DNA of 64,000 nucleotides from an uncultured bacterium (GCA_963822585.1 CAWGIE010000047.1:32001-96000), one strand, 5' to 3'. Shown: positions 53,062 to 63,235, counted from the stretch's first letter. Notes: generated by a model not told the origin, from the sequence alone. Made by a program: numbers and translations.

Positions 53062-53307
53062 AGAGAGCCGGGAGCCGGTATCCCCCGGCCTCGCCCCCTT
53101 TTAGAAACCACTAATTTCACGAATCTACACTAATGCCCCCCCCGCCTCGCCCTCTTCAATAACCACTAAGACACTAAGGTAAACATCAAAATATATTGAA
53201 CGTTGAAAGTTGAGCGTTGAATGTTTTTTAACCCGAGATGACCGGAGGTCATTCCCGCAAAGAAGCTGCGCTTCCGCGTGATCTTCGATTTTTCGGGTTG
53301 TTATTCG

Positions 53308-54510
53308 TCATTCGGTATTTGATTTATCCCTTATCCCTGCTTTCAAACGGGGGAAGATAATAAGAAAGGCGATCAGGGAAATTCCGGTGACCGCCGCGCA
53401 GAGGAGAAAAAAGCGGGGATAATCCTTCCCGGCCAGGAAAAACCCGCCCACCATCGGCCCGAAGAAGAAACCGCTGTCAACCATCTCGGTCCCCAGATTT
53501 TGGTTCAGCGGCTGGAAACGGCGATCGGAAATCCGGAAGAGAACGGCATGGAGGAGGGGGTGAGCAATACCCCAGCAGATCCCGCAGAGAAATGCCAGCC
53601 CGTAAAAGAGGGTGCTTCCCCTGGTCATGGACAGCCCGAAGTAGGCGAGCGTCAACCCGCCCAGCGCGGCGATAATCAGCTCTTCTTTGGGCAGCCGGTC
53701 GAAGTAAGGTCCGCCGAAGAATCGAATCAGGATCATGGTGAAAATGGCCAGGGTGAAGAAGAGGCCCGGATTCCTGATCCCGATGCTGATCCCGAACCCC
53801 CGGCAGTAGACAAAAACCGCGGCCAGGCAGAAGAAGAGGACCAGGATGATGGCCAGGGTGATCAGCAGCCGGGGGTCTTTCAGGTCCCGCCAATACTCCC
53901 GGCGGGAAATGTGCCGGGGGGCGGCTTCGGAATCCTTCCGGAAACCGGCTTGGGGCCGGATCAGGAGGAGGAGGGGGTAAATCAGGATCATCAAGAACCC
54001 GGTGGCTGCCAGGGTCCGGTCGAAGCCGCCCAGCAGTCGCCCGAGCGGGTCCAGGAGAGGCGGGATGACGGCGAAAGGAAGGAGCATGCAGGCCGAGGTG
54101 ATCCCGAAGGCCTGGCCGCTCCGCCGGGGGGGAATAAAGGCGACGATCAAGGCCATCTTGGCGGCGGCCATGCCGACGTAAGCGGTGCCGTTAATCAGGC
54201 GGACGGCCAGTATCGGCCAGAACGTTCCGGCCGCGCTGTAAGCGAAAAGAGCGATAATATCGGCCAGGGTACTGAACGCGATCCAGCGCCGGGCGTTGCC
54301 GGGGAAGAGAAAAGGACTGATAATCGGTCTGAGAATAATCCCGCTCAGGGAAAAGATGGCGATCAAAAAGCCGATCCAGCGGGGATCGATCGGGAGGCTT
54401 TGCAGATGATCTTCGAAGTTGAAAAAGACGGCAAGGTTGGTATAAGCCAGAAAGATCATCGCGTTAACGGCGATAAAATCCCGGCTCAGCAGTTTCTCTT
54501 TCTCCATCAT
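53308..54510 (-). CDS. MFS transporter
   Basis: About 12 hydrophobic helices over 400 aa; MFS-like loop patterns. Confidence 0.85.
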   Translation of the reverse strand: MMEKEKLLSRDFIAVNAMIFLAYTNLAVFFNFEDHLQSLPIDPRWIGFLIAIFSLSGIILRPIISPFLFPGNARRWIAFSTLADIIALFAYSAAGTFWPILAVRLINGTAYVGMAAAKMALIVAFIPPRRSGQAFGITSACMLLPFAVIPPLLDPLGRLLGGFDRTLAATGFLMILIYPLLLLIRPQAGFRKDSEAAPRHISRREYWRDLKDPRLLITLAIILVLFFCLAAVFVYCRGFGISIGIRNPGLFFTLAIFTMILIRFFGGPYFDRLPKEELIIAALGGLTLAYFGLSMTRGSTLFYGLAFLCGICWGIAHPLLHAVLFRISDRRFQPLNQNLGTEMVDSGFFFGPMVGGFFLAGKDYPRFFLLCAAVTGISLIAFLIIFPRLKAGIRDKSNTE

Positions 54511-54810
54511 CCTTCCAGCCTGCGGGTTGGCGCCTTCGGAACTGTCTTCTTGTAATGTAATGCAATCTCCCCGGAGATTAAAGCTATTTGCGGGAGAAAA
54601 TGTGGCTTTCCGGGCTGAAAGCGGCCGGGTGAGGGGGGCCGACCTTCGGCACTTTCCCCTGTTCGAAGTTGTACGTTTAACATTCAGCTCTTCCCCCCCT
54701 TTGATAGCCGCCCCGATTAATCGGGGCGCCGCTCACCGATCACCGCCCTCCGGGTGGTATCCGATCTACCCTCGGCGGAGATCCAACATTTCCTGCCATG
54801 CGCCGTCGCT

Positions 54811-54980
54811 CCCACATCCCGCATCCAGTATCCAGTATCCAGTATCTTGCATCCCGCGTCCCGCATCCCGCATCCCGCATCCAGTATCCAGTATCTTGCA
54901 TCCAGTATCCCGCATCCCGCATCCCGCATCCAGTATCCAGTATCTTGCATCCAGTATCCCGCATCCCGCGTCCCGCATCC
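54811..54980. repeat. Heptamer tract (GCATCCC/GTATCCA/GTATCTT)
   Basis: About 24 tandem 7-mers with higher-order periodicity. Confidence 0.9.
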
Positions 54981-55538
54981 TTCCCTCCACTTTCCGACTG
55001 ACGGATCCCTTGCCATTTGTTAAAATGCGCTATTCTTTTGTTCTCTTTTCATTGGCCGGTCCCTGCTGTATGGACAAAAATTTTTTACCCCTATCCGATC
55101 AAGGGAATCAAAGCCAACAAATCCCCTCTCCCCTGGGGGAGAGGGCGACTGTCGTAGATCCTGAGCTTGTCGAAGGGAGCGAAGCTCAATCGGGTGAGGG
55201 GGGGCTTCATTGAAAGTTGAGCGTTGGAAGTCCGCCTAAGGCGGATAAATTGAAAGCTGGCCCTGCTTCGCAGGGTTGAACGTTCGGTTGTTCTCAGAGT
55301 GATCTGCTCTATGCGCCATGCCCCATGCTCTACGCGCAGGGCAGGTGACAAGCTGCCGAAGGCAGCGATCCTACAACTCCTACAAGGTGCAGCCGATACT
55401 GCAAGCCGCCGCAGGCGGCGATACTACAGTTTCTTTTTCTTTAGGCACTTTTTATTCAGTATCTTGTTCCGAAAAAAAGTTTGACTTGTGCCTAACGCAA
55501 GGTAATATATGACTAAATATTAAGGCATATGAATTAAA

Positions 55539-56147
55539 ATGTTAGGCATTACTCCGGAAAAACTTTTTCGTACCCCCGGGCAAATAAAGATTCTTCGGGT
55601 TCTCTGGCGCTCCGGCAAGCCGTTAACCGGCCGCCAGGTTCAAGATCTGTCCGGCATGGCCAATCTGTCGACCATGCAGGCGTTAAAACGCTTGACTGAT
55701 CTTGGCGTGGTTTCCTGCCGTCGTGCCGGAAGATCTCATCAGTATGAATTAAAATGGGAATCCTGGGCGGTCAAAGAACTGGTTTCGCCTCTCTTTGAAC
55801 TCGAGGATAAGGGATTGGATCATCTCTGCGGGATTCTGGAAGAAGATTTATCCGGCCATTGCCAAACAGCGTATCTATACGGAAGCTCCCTAAAACCGGG
55901 TGAGAAAGAAGCCGGTGATCTTGATCTTTTCCTGGTTGTTAAGACGGAAGAAGATCGATCGGTTCTGGAAAAGTCCATTATCCCCGAAATCAGTATGAAA
56001 ATTTCAGAGGAATTTTCCTTATTTCTGGAACCTCATATAGTGACTGTTGGGGAATTAAGTCGGAAACCGCTTAAAAAAGTAGCCCGGGACATCGCCGAAA
56101 CCGGAAGAAAGATACGCGGCAAGGATCTCAAAGAATTATTTGCATAA
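55539..56147 (+). CDS. wHTH + minimal nucleotidyltransferase (MNT) protein, pair 1
   Basis: N-terminal HTH (LTGRQVQDLSGM); LYGSSLKPGEKEAGDLDL = GS-x10-DxD. Confidence 0.8.
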   Translation: MLGITPEKLFRTPGQIKILRVLWRSGKPLTGRQVQDLSGMANLSTMQALKRLTDLGVVSCRRAGRSHQYELKWESWAVKELVSPLFELEDKGLDHLCGILEEDLSGHCQTAYLYGSSLKPGEKEAGDLDLFLVVKTEEDRSVLEKSIIPEISMKISEEFSLFLEPHIVTVGELSRKPLKKVARDIAETGRKIRGKDLKELFA

Positions 56148-56557
56148 TGACCAAGAGAAAAACCAGAAAGACCGATTCAACCGCCGCCGCCGGTTATATT
56201 ACTAAATCCCGGCAGTTTGCTGAATCAATGCGTCGTTCCCTGGTAGAGAAACAATGGGATGCCGCGGGGTTGGGGGCGGTCCACGCGGTCATCAGCGCGG
56301 CAGACGCGTTGCTTGCCGCTTATGGGGGGATTAGATCGATTGATCCCGATCATCGGTCAGCTATCCGGCTGTTGGAAGAAACCCTGGGCAGCAAAGCGAT
56401 CTCATCTGCCCGTCGCCACATATCATTTGTTATCGCGAAGAAAAATGTTATCGAATATGAACAGCGGCGGATAACCGGGAAAGAGGCAGACGCCATCGCG
56501 GACCACGCGGAACGTTTTTTGCATTTCGCCGAAAAAATGCTCGGCGCTATCGGCTAA
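56147..56557 (+). CDS. HEPN-domain protein, pair 1
   Basis: WDAAGLGAVHAVISAADAL, PDH, KKNVIEY; overlaps the upstream stop codon. Confidence 0.75.
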   Translation: MTKRKTRKTDSTAAAGYITKSRQFAESMRRSLVEKQWDAAGLGAVHAVISAADALLAAYGGIRSIDPDHRSAIRLLEETLGSKAISSARRHISFVIAKKNVIEYEQRRITGKEADAIADHAERFLHFAEKMLGAIG

Positions 56558-57043
56558 ACCAGCCTCCTCAAAAACTTGGACATCTGCCCGGAAGGAATGA
56601 TCCCGGTTGGTGAAGGGATCGATCCCGGAGGCGAGCCGGCCCTGCCGGCCGGCGCCGGGGAGAAGAAGGAAAAGAACGGCGGGGGGAAACAGCGGGGAAA
56701 GGATAAAAAGCCCGGAAAGAAGAAGACGGAAAGGCCTCTCGTCCGCAAGCTGACACCCTCGGCGGTGGTGAAGAAGGTGAAGATGGGCCGTCTCGGCGTC
56801 ACCTGCTGCATCGACCACTACGGTTCTGAAGGACCGGAGTGCTTCTCCGAGGCCGGCGTCATCTATATCAACCGCGACCACCCTCTCTATCAGCGGGAAT
56901 CGGAGACCCGGCAGCGGCACATGATGCACGTCGCTCGTTTGATTACTCAGGAGGTGGCCTTGATGCGGGAGCCGATCACCGCCCGCGAGGCCTTCGACCG
57001 CCAGAGCCTCCTCCTCAAGGACGCCTTTCCTTCCTCTGATTAG
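56558..57043 (+). pseudogene. C-terminal fragment of a probable GHKL/Hsp90-like ATPase-associated protein
   Basis: IYINRDHPLYQ motif; frame opens directly after the HEPN stop with no RBS; host-like GC. Confidence 0.45.
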
Positions 57044-57185
57044 CGGTACGGGGATGAGAGCCAAGGTAGCACAGACATTCCTGTCTGTGTAAGGGGAGTA
57101 ACCCTCTCCCCTGGGGGAGAGGGCGATTGTCGTAGATCCTGAGCTTGTCGAAGGGAGCGAAGCTCAATCGGGTGAGGAGGGTAAG

Positions 57186-57246
57186 CCCCTTAACCCTTAT
57201 CCCTTAACCCTTATCCCTTAACCCTTATCCCTTAACCCTTATCCCT
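57186..57246. repeat. 14-mer tandem repeat CCCTTAACCCTTAT x4
   Basis: Directly visible. Confidence 0.9.
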
Positions 57247-57562
57247 GCTTTAATGGGTGAGGGGGGCTGCATTGAAAGTTGGAAGTTGAGCAGCTCGCCC
57301 GCCGTAGCTTATAGCGAAGGCTGGTTGAACGCGTGCTCCGCTCCGCGGTATTCATCTTTTTCTATTCCCCACTCCCTATTCTCTATTCCCCAATCTTTTT
57401 TAAAAAACAGGGAATAAAATCCCTTCCTTATCCGACTAATAAGCATGAAGTTTAATAAAATTGGAGGTCACAAATTGTGACCTCCAATCTATGCTTGACA
57501 ATAGGTTGATTATGGTAATAATAGTTACCATGTGGAAACTTTTATTACCATAGGAGCGCAGC

Positions 57563-58189
57563 ATGAATTTTACCGAACCCCTCAATCAAATTTTGGGACA
57601 ACTTTCCAAGATCAAGATCCTGAGGTTTTTAATCAAGGCTCAGGTGGGAATGAACGGGAGAGAGATCGCCCAGGCGGTAGGTCTTTCGCATGTGAAATGT
57701 CATACCGCTCTCAAGGAACTGTCAGAGCAGGGTATTGTCTCTGTTCGCCGTATCGGCCGATCGAATTTATACGAGCTCCAAACGGGCCACATCATTATGC
57801 GGGAGTGGCTGACTCCACTTTTTCGTGAGGAAGACGAATTAAAGAAGCGGTTGGCAGAAGAAGTAGTCTGTCATCTTACCGTCAAACCGGAGTCTCTCAT
57901 TATCTTTGGAAGTATTGCGAAGAGAAAAGAACGTCCAGACAGCGATATCGACCTGCTCTGCGTGGTAAAAGACAGGGCGGCTTTAGCAAAATGCGAGAAA
58001 GATCTTACAGAGGCTTCGGAAGAGGTAACCCGGTTGTTTGGAAACCGTCTCGCGCCGCAGGTAATCACAAAAAAATCTCTGCTCGCAAAATTGAAAGAGG
58101 GAGACAAATTCATTGCTGCGGTAATACGAAATGGTGAGGTTATCTACGGAAAAACGATCTCGGAGATGCAGAGCTATGCCTCCGGATAA
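57563..58189 (+). CDS. wHTH + MNT protein, pair 2
   Basis: MNGREIAQAVGLS HTH; IFGSIAKRKERPDSDIDL; AGGAG RBS; TTGACA at 57495. Confidence 0.85.
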   Translation: MNFTEPLNQILGQLSKIKILRFLIKAQVGMNGREIAQAVGLSHVKCHTALKELSEQGIVSVRRIGRSNLYELQTGHIIMREWLTPLFREEDELKKRLAEEVVCHLTVKPESLIIFGSIAKRKERPDSDIDLLCVVKDRAALAKCEKDLTEASEEVTRLFGNRLAPQVITKKSLLAKLKEGDKFIAAVIRNGEVIYGKTISEMQSYASG

Positions 58190-58589
58190 AATTACCGGCA
58201 AAAAAGTATCGAAAGATCAGTTTCGTGGCTACTGGAAGAAAGCGCGCGAATTCGAGACCGCGATGAACGATAACCTGGCAGTCAGGAACTGGAATGCTGC
58301 GACAATGAGCGCGGTTCATGCGGTTATTTTGGCCAACGATGCCCTTCTCATTTATTTTCATGGCGTCAAGAGCACGAGCGAAAAACACGATGATGCCATC
58401 CGCCTTCTCACCACGTTATTCAAGAGCGAAGAGGCAAAGAGGAATTCACGGCATCTGAGCAGGCTTATTAATGCGAAATCGACCGTGGAGTATACCGGAA
58501 AGCTCATAAAGGAAACATCAGCCCGTGAATCGTGCAAGAAAGCCCGCCGTTTTCTCTCCTGGGTCAACTCTCTTCTCCCGGGAGCATGA
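58176..58589 (+). CDS. HEPN-domain protein, pair 2
   Basis: WNAATMSAVHAVILANDAL, EKH, AKSTVEY; overlaps upstream gene. Confidence 0.78.
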   Translation: MPPDKITGKKVSKDQFRGYWKKAREFETAMNDNLAVRNWNAATMSAVHAVILANDALLIYFHGVKSTSEKHDDAIRLLTTLFKSEEAKRNSRHLSRLINAKSTVEYTGKLIKETSARESCKKARRFLSWVNSLLPGA

Positions 58590-58811
58590 CGTTATAATCC
58601 CCCCAATCAGCCGCGCCTTAAAATCGGATTCAAATAATCCCTGTGTTGGGAGTTGAGCAGCTCGCCCGCCGTAGCTTATAGCGAAGGCTGTTTGAATGCG
58701 TGCTCCGCTCCGCGGTGTTCATCTTTTTCTATTCCCCATTCCCCACTCTCTATTCCCCAATCTTTTTTAAAAAACAGGGAATAAAATCCCTTTCTTATCC
58801 GACTAATAAGC

Positions 58812-59315
58812 ATGAAGAATAAATCCTTAATTCCTGCCGAACGCATAGAATCACTGATTTTGTTTATTCGTGGCCAGAAGGTAATACTTGATAAAGACCT
58901 GGCTGATCTATAGGGGGTAGAAACGCGGATCTTAAACCAGGCAGTCAGTCGGAATGACAAGCGTTTTCCAAAAGATTTTATGTTTGAGTTAAGCCGCGAA
59001 GAGATCATGAGGGTATCACAAACTGTGATATCCTATGCGGCATTGAGATATTCGAATAAAGTCCGGGCTTTCACCGAGCAGGGCGTTGCCATGCTTTCTT
59101 CTGTTTTGCGTAGTGATAGGGCCATTGCAGTTAATATCGCCATCATGCGGACGTTTGTGAAATTGCGCTCAATACTGGAAACCTATGCCGAACTGGCGAA
59201 AAAGATTGGAGACATGGAGAAGAAATACGATTCGCAATTCCGGGTGGTATTTGAAGCGATCCGGCAGCTCATAGCTCCTCCCACTCCGCCCCGCCGTCAG
59301 ATCGGATTTAAATAA
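58812..59315 (+). pseudogene. ORF6N-domain protein pseudogene, copy 2
   Basis: Same 504-nt length as the 47890 copy; in-frame TAG at 58911 where the paralog has TAT. Confidence 0.88.
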
Positions 59316-59730
59316 TCATCTTCGTTAAATATTCAACGTTCAACCGTGCCCTGTCCGGTAGCCGCCCCGATTAATCGGGGCGCCGCTCACCGATCACGGC
59401 CCCCCGAGTGGTATCCAATCCGCCCTTGGCGGAGATAATACAAGCGACGGGCGCTAGCCCGGAGCGATACTACAACTCCTACAAGCCGCGTTAGCGGCGA
59501 TCATACAAGGGCGAAGCCGACATGTCCGCTGAAGCTTCAGCGAAAGCGGATCCTGCATCCTTCCCTCCACTTTCCGACTGACGGATCCCTTGCCATTTGT
59601 TAAAATGCGCTATTCTTTTGTTCTCTTTTCATTGGCCGGTCCCTGCTGTATGGACAAAAATTTTTTACCCCTATCCGATCAAGGGAATCAAAGCCAACAA
59701 ATCCCCTCTCCCCTGGTGGGAGAGAGCCAA

Positions 59731-59977
59731 GGTAACACAGACATTCCTGTCTGTGTGCCGGGGAGAGGGTAGCACAGACATTCCTGTCTGTGTGCCGGGG
59801 AGAGGGTAGCACAGACATTCCTGTCTGTGTGCCGGGGAGAGGGTAGCACAGACATTCCTGTCTGTGTGCAGGGGAGAGGGTAGCATAGACATTTCTGTCT
59901 GTGTGTCGGGGAGAGGGTAGCACAGACATTCCTGTCTGTGTGCCGGGGAGAGGGTAGCATAGACATTCCTGTCTGTG
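59731..59977 (+). repeat. Tandem REP-like array, 7 copies, 37-bp period
   Basis: GGTARCAYAGACATTYCTGTCTGTG + TGCCGGGGAGAG-like linker; other copies at 57065, 60649 and 60692. Confidence 0.9.
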
Positions 59978-60189
59978 TGCAGGATGAGTAGGGCAAGCTA
60001 TGAAGTACGCGCGATGCCCTGTACGCAGCGATGGGCATCAGCCCGGAGCGATACTACAATTCCTGCAAGGCGGAGCCGATCCTACAAGCCGCCGAAGGCG
60101 GAAGGCACTTAGAATTTGGTATGTGGGGTCTGACCTTAATCAAAATTACCTTTCGGCTTTAAAATGCCTTGGGAAGATGTGAGGTGGGT

Positions 60190-60377
60190 ATGGATATATA
60201 TGAAGAATTGAAGGATGTAGTAAGAGAACTTAATAAAGCCGGGAAAAGCGGGTTCTAGAATGGGGAGAATTAAGTGTGGTTTCAAAAGAGGGTCTGATAA
60301 GCCTTAAGCGAATCAGGGGAAGCGGAACCGACCTGGATGATATTCGAAAGCTGGGGGAGAGAGCTGATGAAGGTTGA
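60190..60377 (+). pseudogene. Internally deleted nucleotidyltransferase-like gene remnant
   Basis: N-terminal MDIYEELKDVVRELNKAG joined out of frame to C-terminal VVSKEGLISLKRIRGSGTDLDDIRKL; GAGGTG RBS. Confidence 0.55.
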
Positions 60378-60534
60378 CATGTCTCCCGAAGCGATTGAGG
60401 GTCGCCTTCGTAGGGTGAGCGAACTGAGGAATCTATGTTTGTCGTTGAGCAAATCCAAACAAGTTACACGCAGAACCGATACTATTGCTGAAGCTAAATC
60501 CGGTTATGGGCAAAAGGCTGATTCCCCGAAATAG
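60367..60534 (+). CDS. Small hypothetical protein overlapping the upstream remnant
   Basis: MKVDMSPEAIEGRLRRVSELRNLCLSL. Confidence 0.55.
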   Translation: MKVDMSPEAIEGRLRRVSELRNLCLSLSKSKQVTRRTDTIAEAKSGYGQKADSPK

Positions 60535-61154
60535 AAAACCCTCTCTCTTGAGGGAGAGGGTGGGCGCCGTCCTGTCCGCCGAAGCCCTGAGCTTGTCGAA
60601 GGGAGCGAAGTCGAAGGGAGCGTAAGCCGAAGAGCGCCGGCCCATAAAGGTAGCACAGACATTCCTGTCTGTGCGGCCTCTCTTCTTTAAAGGTAACACA
60701 GACATTCCTGTCTGTGCGGCCTCTCTTCTTTTTTAGGGAAAAGGAAGCAGGTGAGGGGGGCCGTTCGACGTTGAAAGTTGAGCGTTGAAAGTTGAACGTT
60801 CAGTTGTTCTCAGAGTGCCATGCCTTACGCGCCATATGCAAGCGAAGCGATCCTGCATTTCCTACAATCCGCCTCTGGCGGAGATCCTACAAGGGCGAAG
60901 CCCGATCAAACAGTTTATTGTCTTTAGGCACTTAAAATCATGAATGACTAAATGAGAAGTGGTGCGTCATGCACCACTTCTGCGCAGTGCATTAAACAAC
61001 AATAACTTATAACCACCCCGCGCCCAAAATCGGAGAAAAAAGCTGGACGGAATATAAAATAACTCAATTTATGCATAAATCGGATTAGAGCCGATTTTCG
61101 TGGTCGGAATCAGCTTCTAAGGCCTTTTTTAGGGGGTAAAATATTGGTAACCAA

Positions 61155-61670
61155 TTGATTTGGAATAAGATATTGTGGTCCGACCCCAAAATCTACCCTT
61201 TCCTGTTCTTCTCCCTCCGGCGGTTCTCATACAAGATGAAAGAACAGGCATCCTCCAACAAGAAAATATATTGCATTGATAACGGCCTGGTGGAAGCCGC
61301 CGGATTTCAGGTCAGTCCGGATTGGGGCAGGCTGTATGAGAATCTGGTGGCAATTGAATTAATAAAGAAAGCGGCCCGGAAAACAACGGAAGTCTTTTTC
61401 TGGAAATCCAAAGAGCGGGAAGAGGTTGATTTTGTCATTAAAGAGGGGTTGTCCGTGATACGGCTGATTCAGGTAAGCCTTGATATAGCCGATCCGGATA
61501 CCAGGAGCAGAGAGGTGAGAGCGCTGATTAAAGCGAGTAAGGACCTGCGGTGTGATGATTTGCTGATTCTGACCGAGGATAGGGAAAAAGAGGAAGAGCT
61601 GGAATGGTTTGGAGTTCGGAGAGTAATTCGCTTCCAGCCTCTCTGGAAATGGCTGCTGGAGGATGATTGA
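61155..61670 (+). pseudogene. C-terminal fragment of AAA+ ATPase (DUF4143-type)
   Basis: KKIYCIDNGL, GRLYENLVAIEL, EVDFVI...IQVS, PLWKWLL; no Walker A or N-terminus. Confidence 0.75.
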
Positions 61671-61768
61671 CGAGGCGGAAAGCAACTTATGTTGCACCGC
61701 AACCAAACAACACCATGCCCTAATATTTATATTTATACTGTGGTCCGAACCCTGAATGACTGAATAAA

Positions 61769-62137
61769 ATGCGAGAAGCCGAAGATATTTGCCCTGATTT
61801 CCCCACGTGGCCAGAAAGCTGGCAGGGAGATGAGGAGGATCTGCTCTATGGCCGGAGGTTGATCGATGCGATGCGGCCGTTCATCTCTCATCTCATTGCC
61901 TCCGGTTTAGTAAAAAAGACGATACGAAATCATATGAACAACCTCTGGCTGCTCGGCGGCGAAATCATTCGATCAGTTAATATGTACGATGAATATGATC
62001 TCGCGCCGGTGGAGAATCTCCGAAGGAACGTTGATGAAGAGGGCGGACCATACTGCCGTCATCTATATTCGGAATCGGAGCAAAAATCATTCGATGCGAC
62101 CTGCAGAAAGCTGTACCGGTTTTTGCGGCAAGAGTAG
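61769..62137 (+). CDS. Hypothetical protein
   Basis: Coding-like 122-aa ORF (WPESW, NLWLLGGEII, SFDATCRKLYRFL). Confidence 0.65.
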   Translation: MREAEDICPDFPTWPESWQGDEEDLLYGRRLIDAMRPFISHLIASGLVKKTIRNHMNNLWLLGGEIIRSVNMYDEYDLAPVENLRRNVDEEGGPYCRHLYSESEQKSFDATCRKLYRFLRQE

Positions 62138-62337
62138 GGGGTAACCCTCAAGAGAACCAACCTGACGGGATAATTAAAGGAGAGAGCAGGATCACGGCGG
62201 AAACAACGCAACAAAGCAACACCGTCCCCCATTTTTATTTAATCAGTTTTTCTTAGTGTCTTAGTGTCTTGGTGGTAATAAAGTAGACCCTTTTTTGTCT
62301 GGATTACCAGACAAGTGTCTGGTAAAGTAGACACACC

Positions 62338-62961
62338 ATGAAGAAAAGAAATAACATTATTGCCAGGCCTCTGGATATTGTTTTCTCAGCCCCCAGTCAT
62401 GTTGCTATCCTGCGTGCCCTGAAAAATGTGAAAGAAGGGCTGAGTGGGCGTGAGGTCGCCCGCAGGGCTGGAATTAATCACCAGACCTGTGCCGATGCGC
62501 TTGTTCGCCTTGAATCCAGGGGCGTTGTCCTTCGATTGGGTTCCGGTAAAAATCAGCTCTTCCGCCTCAATTGGAATAGCAGTCTGATCCAGGGAGTGAT
62601 ACTGCCCATGCTGGAAGCGGAGCGGAAGGAGTTCAGCCTGATGAAGGATGATCTGGCCCGGTTGATGGAAGGAAAATGCGTTGCCGGGGTTCTTTTCGGC
62701 AGCACAGCCCGGGGTGAAGAAACACCGGAAAGCGATTTCGATATTGCCCTTATCGTAGAAAAGAACAATAAAAGCATACCGGAATTCATCCACACTCTGG
62801 TTAATCGGGGTATTGAAAAATGGGGTATCGGGATTTCCCCGATAGTTCTGACCCGCTCGGAGTTCAGTAGAAGGGCAGACGATGAAGATCCCCTGGTCAT
62901 GGATATTCTCAATCAAGGCATTGTTATTTACGGAAAGCCGCTTCAGGCTCTGTTGAAATAA
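62338..62961 (+). CDS. wHTH + MNT protein, pair 3
   Basis: LSGREVARRAGIN HTH; LFGSTARGEETPESDFDI. Confidence 0.85.
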   Translation: MKKRNNIIARPLDIVFSAPSHVAILRALKNVKEGLSGREVARRAGINHQTCADALVRLESRGVVLRLGSGKNQLFRLNWNSSLIQGVILPMLEAERKEFSLMKDDLARLMEGKCVAGVLFGSTARGEETPESDFDIALIVEKNNKSIPEFIHTLVNRGIEKWGIGISPIVLTRSEFSRRADDEDPLVMDILNQGIVIYGKPLQALLK

Positions 62962-63235
62962 TACCCAACCTGGATATATTCATGAATATATCCAGGTTAT
63001 TAATTGCCGTTCACTGTATTAAGAATAATCATCTTGTTTGTACGGCTACAGTGCTCTACTTTTTCTCATAAGCATGACAGCGTGTTATTTTTTTGTTAAT
63101 GTGGCCTATAGAAATAAACCTTTGGTTATCATTCATTGCCAGGGAATTGAATAAAATCAATATGTTTTTCGTGTTGCTGTTCTTACAATCTTTGTCATGG
63201 TTCAAAACTAATCCGATTTATAAATAAATAGGATT

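Noticed and set aside
48187..58913. Stop-codon reassignment in ORF6N genes
   Set aside because: TAG aligns with both Gln and Tyr, and TGA with Arg; other genes terminate normally at TAG and TGA.
59731..59977. CRISPR array
   Set aside because: 12-bp near-identical linkers; a simple tandem repeat.
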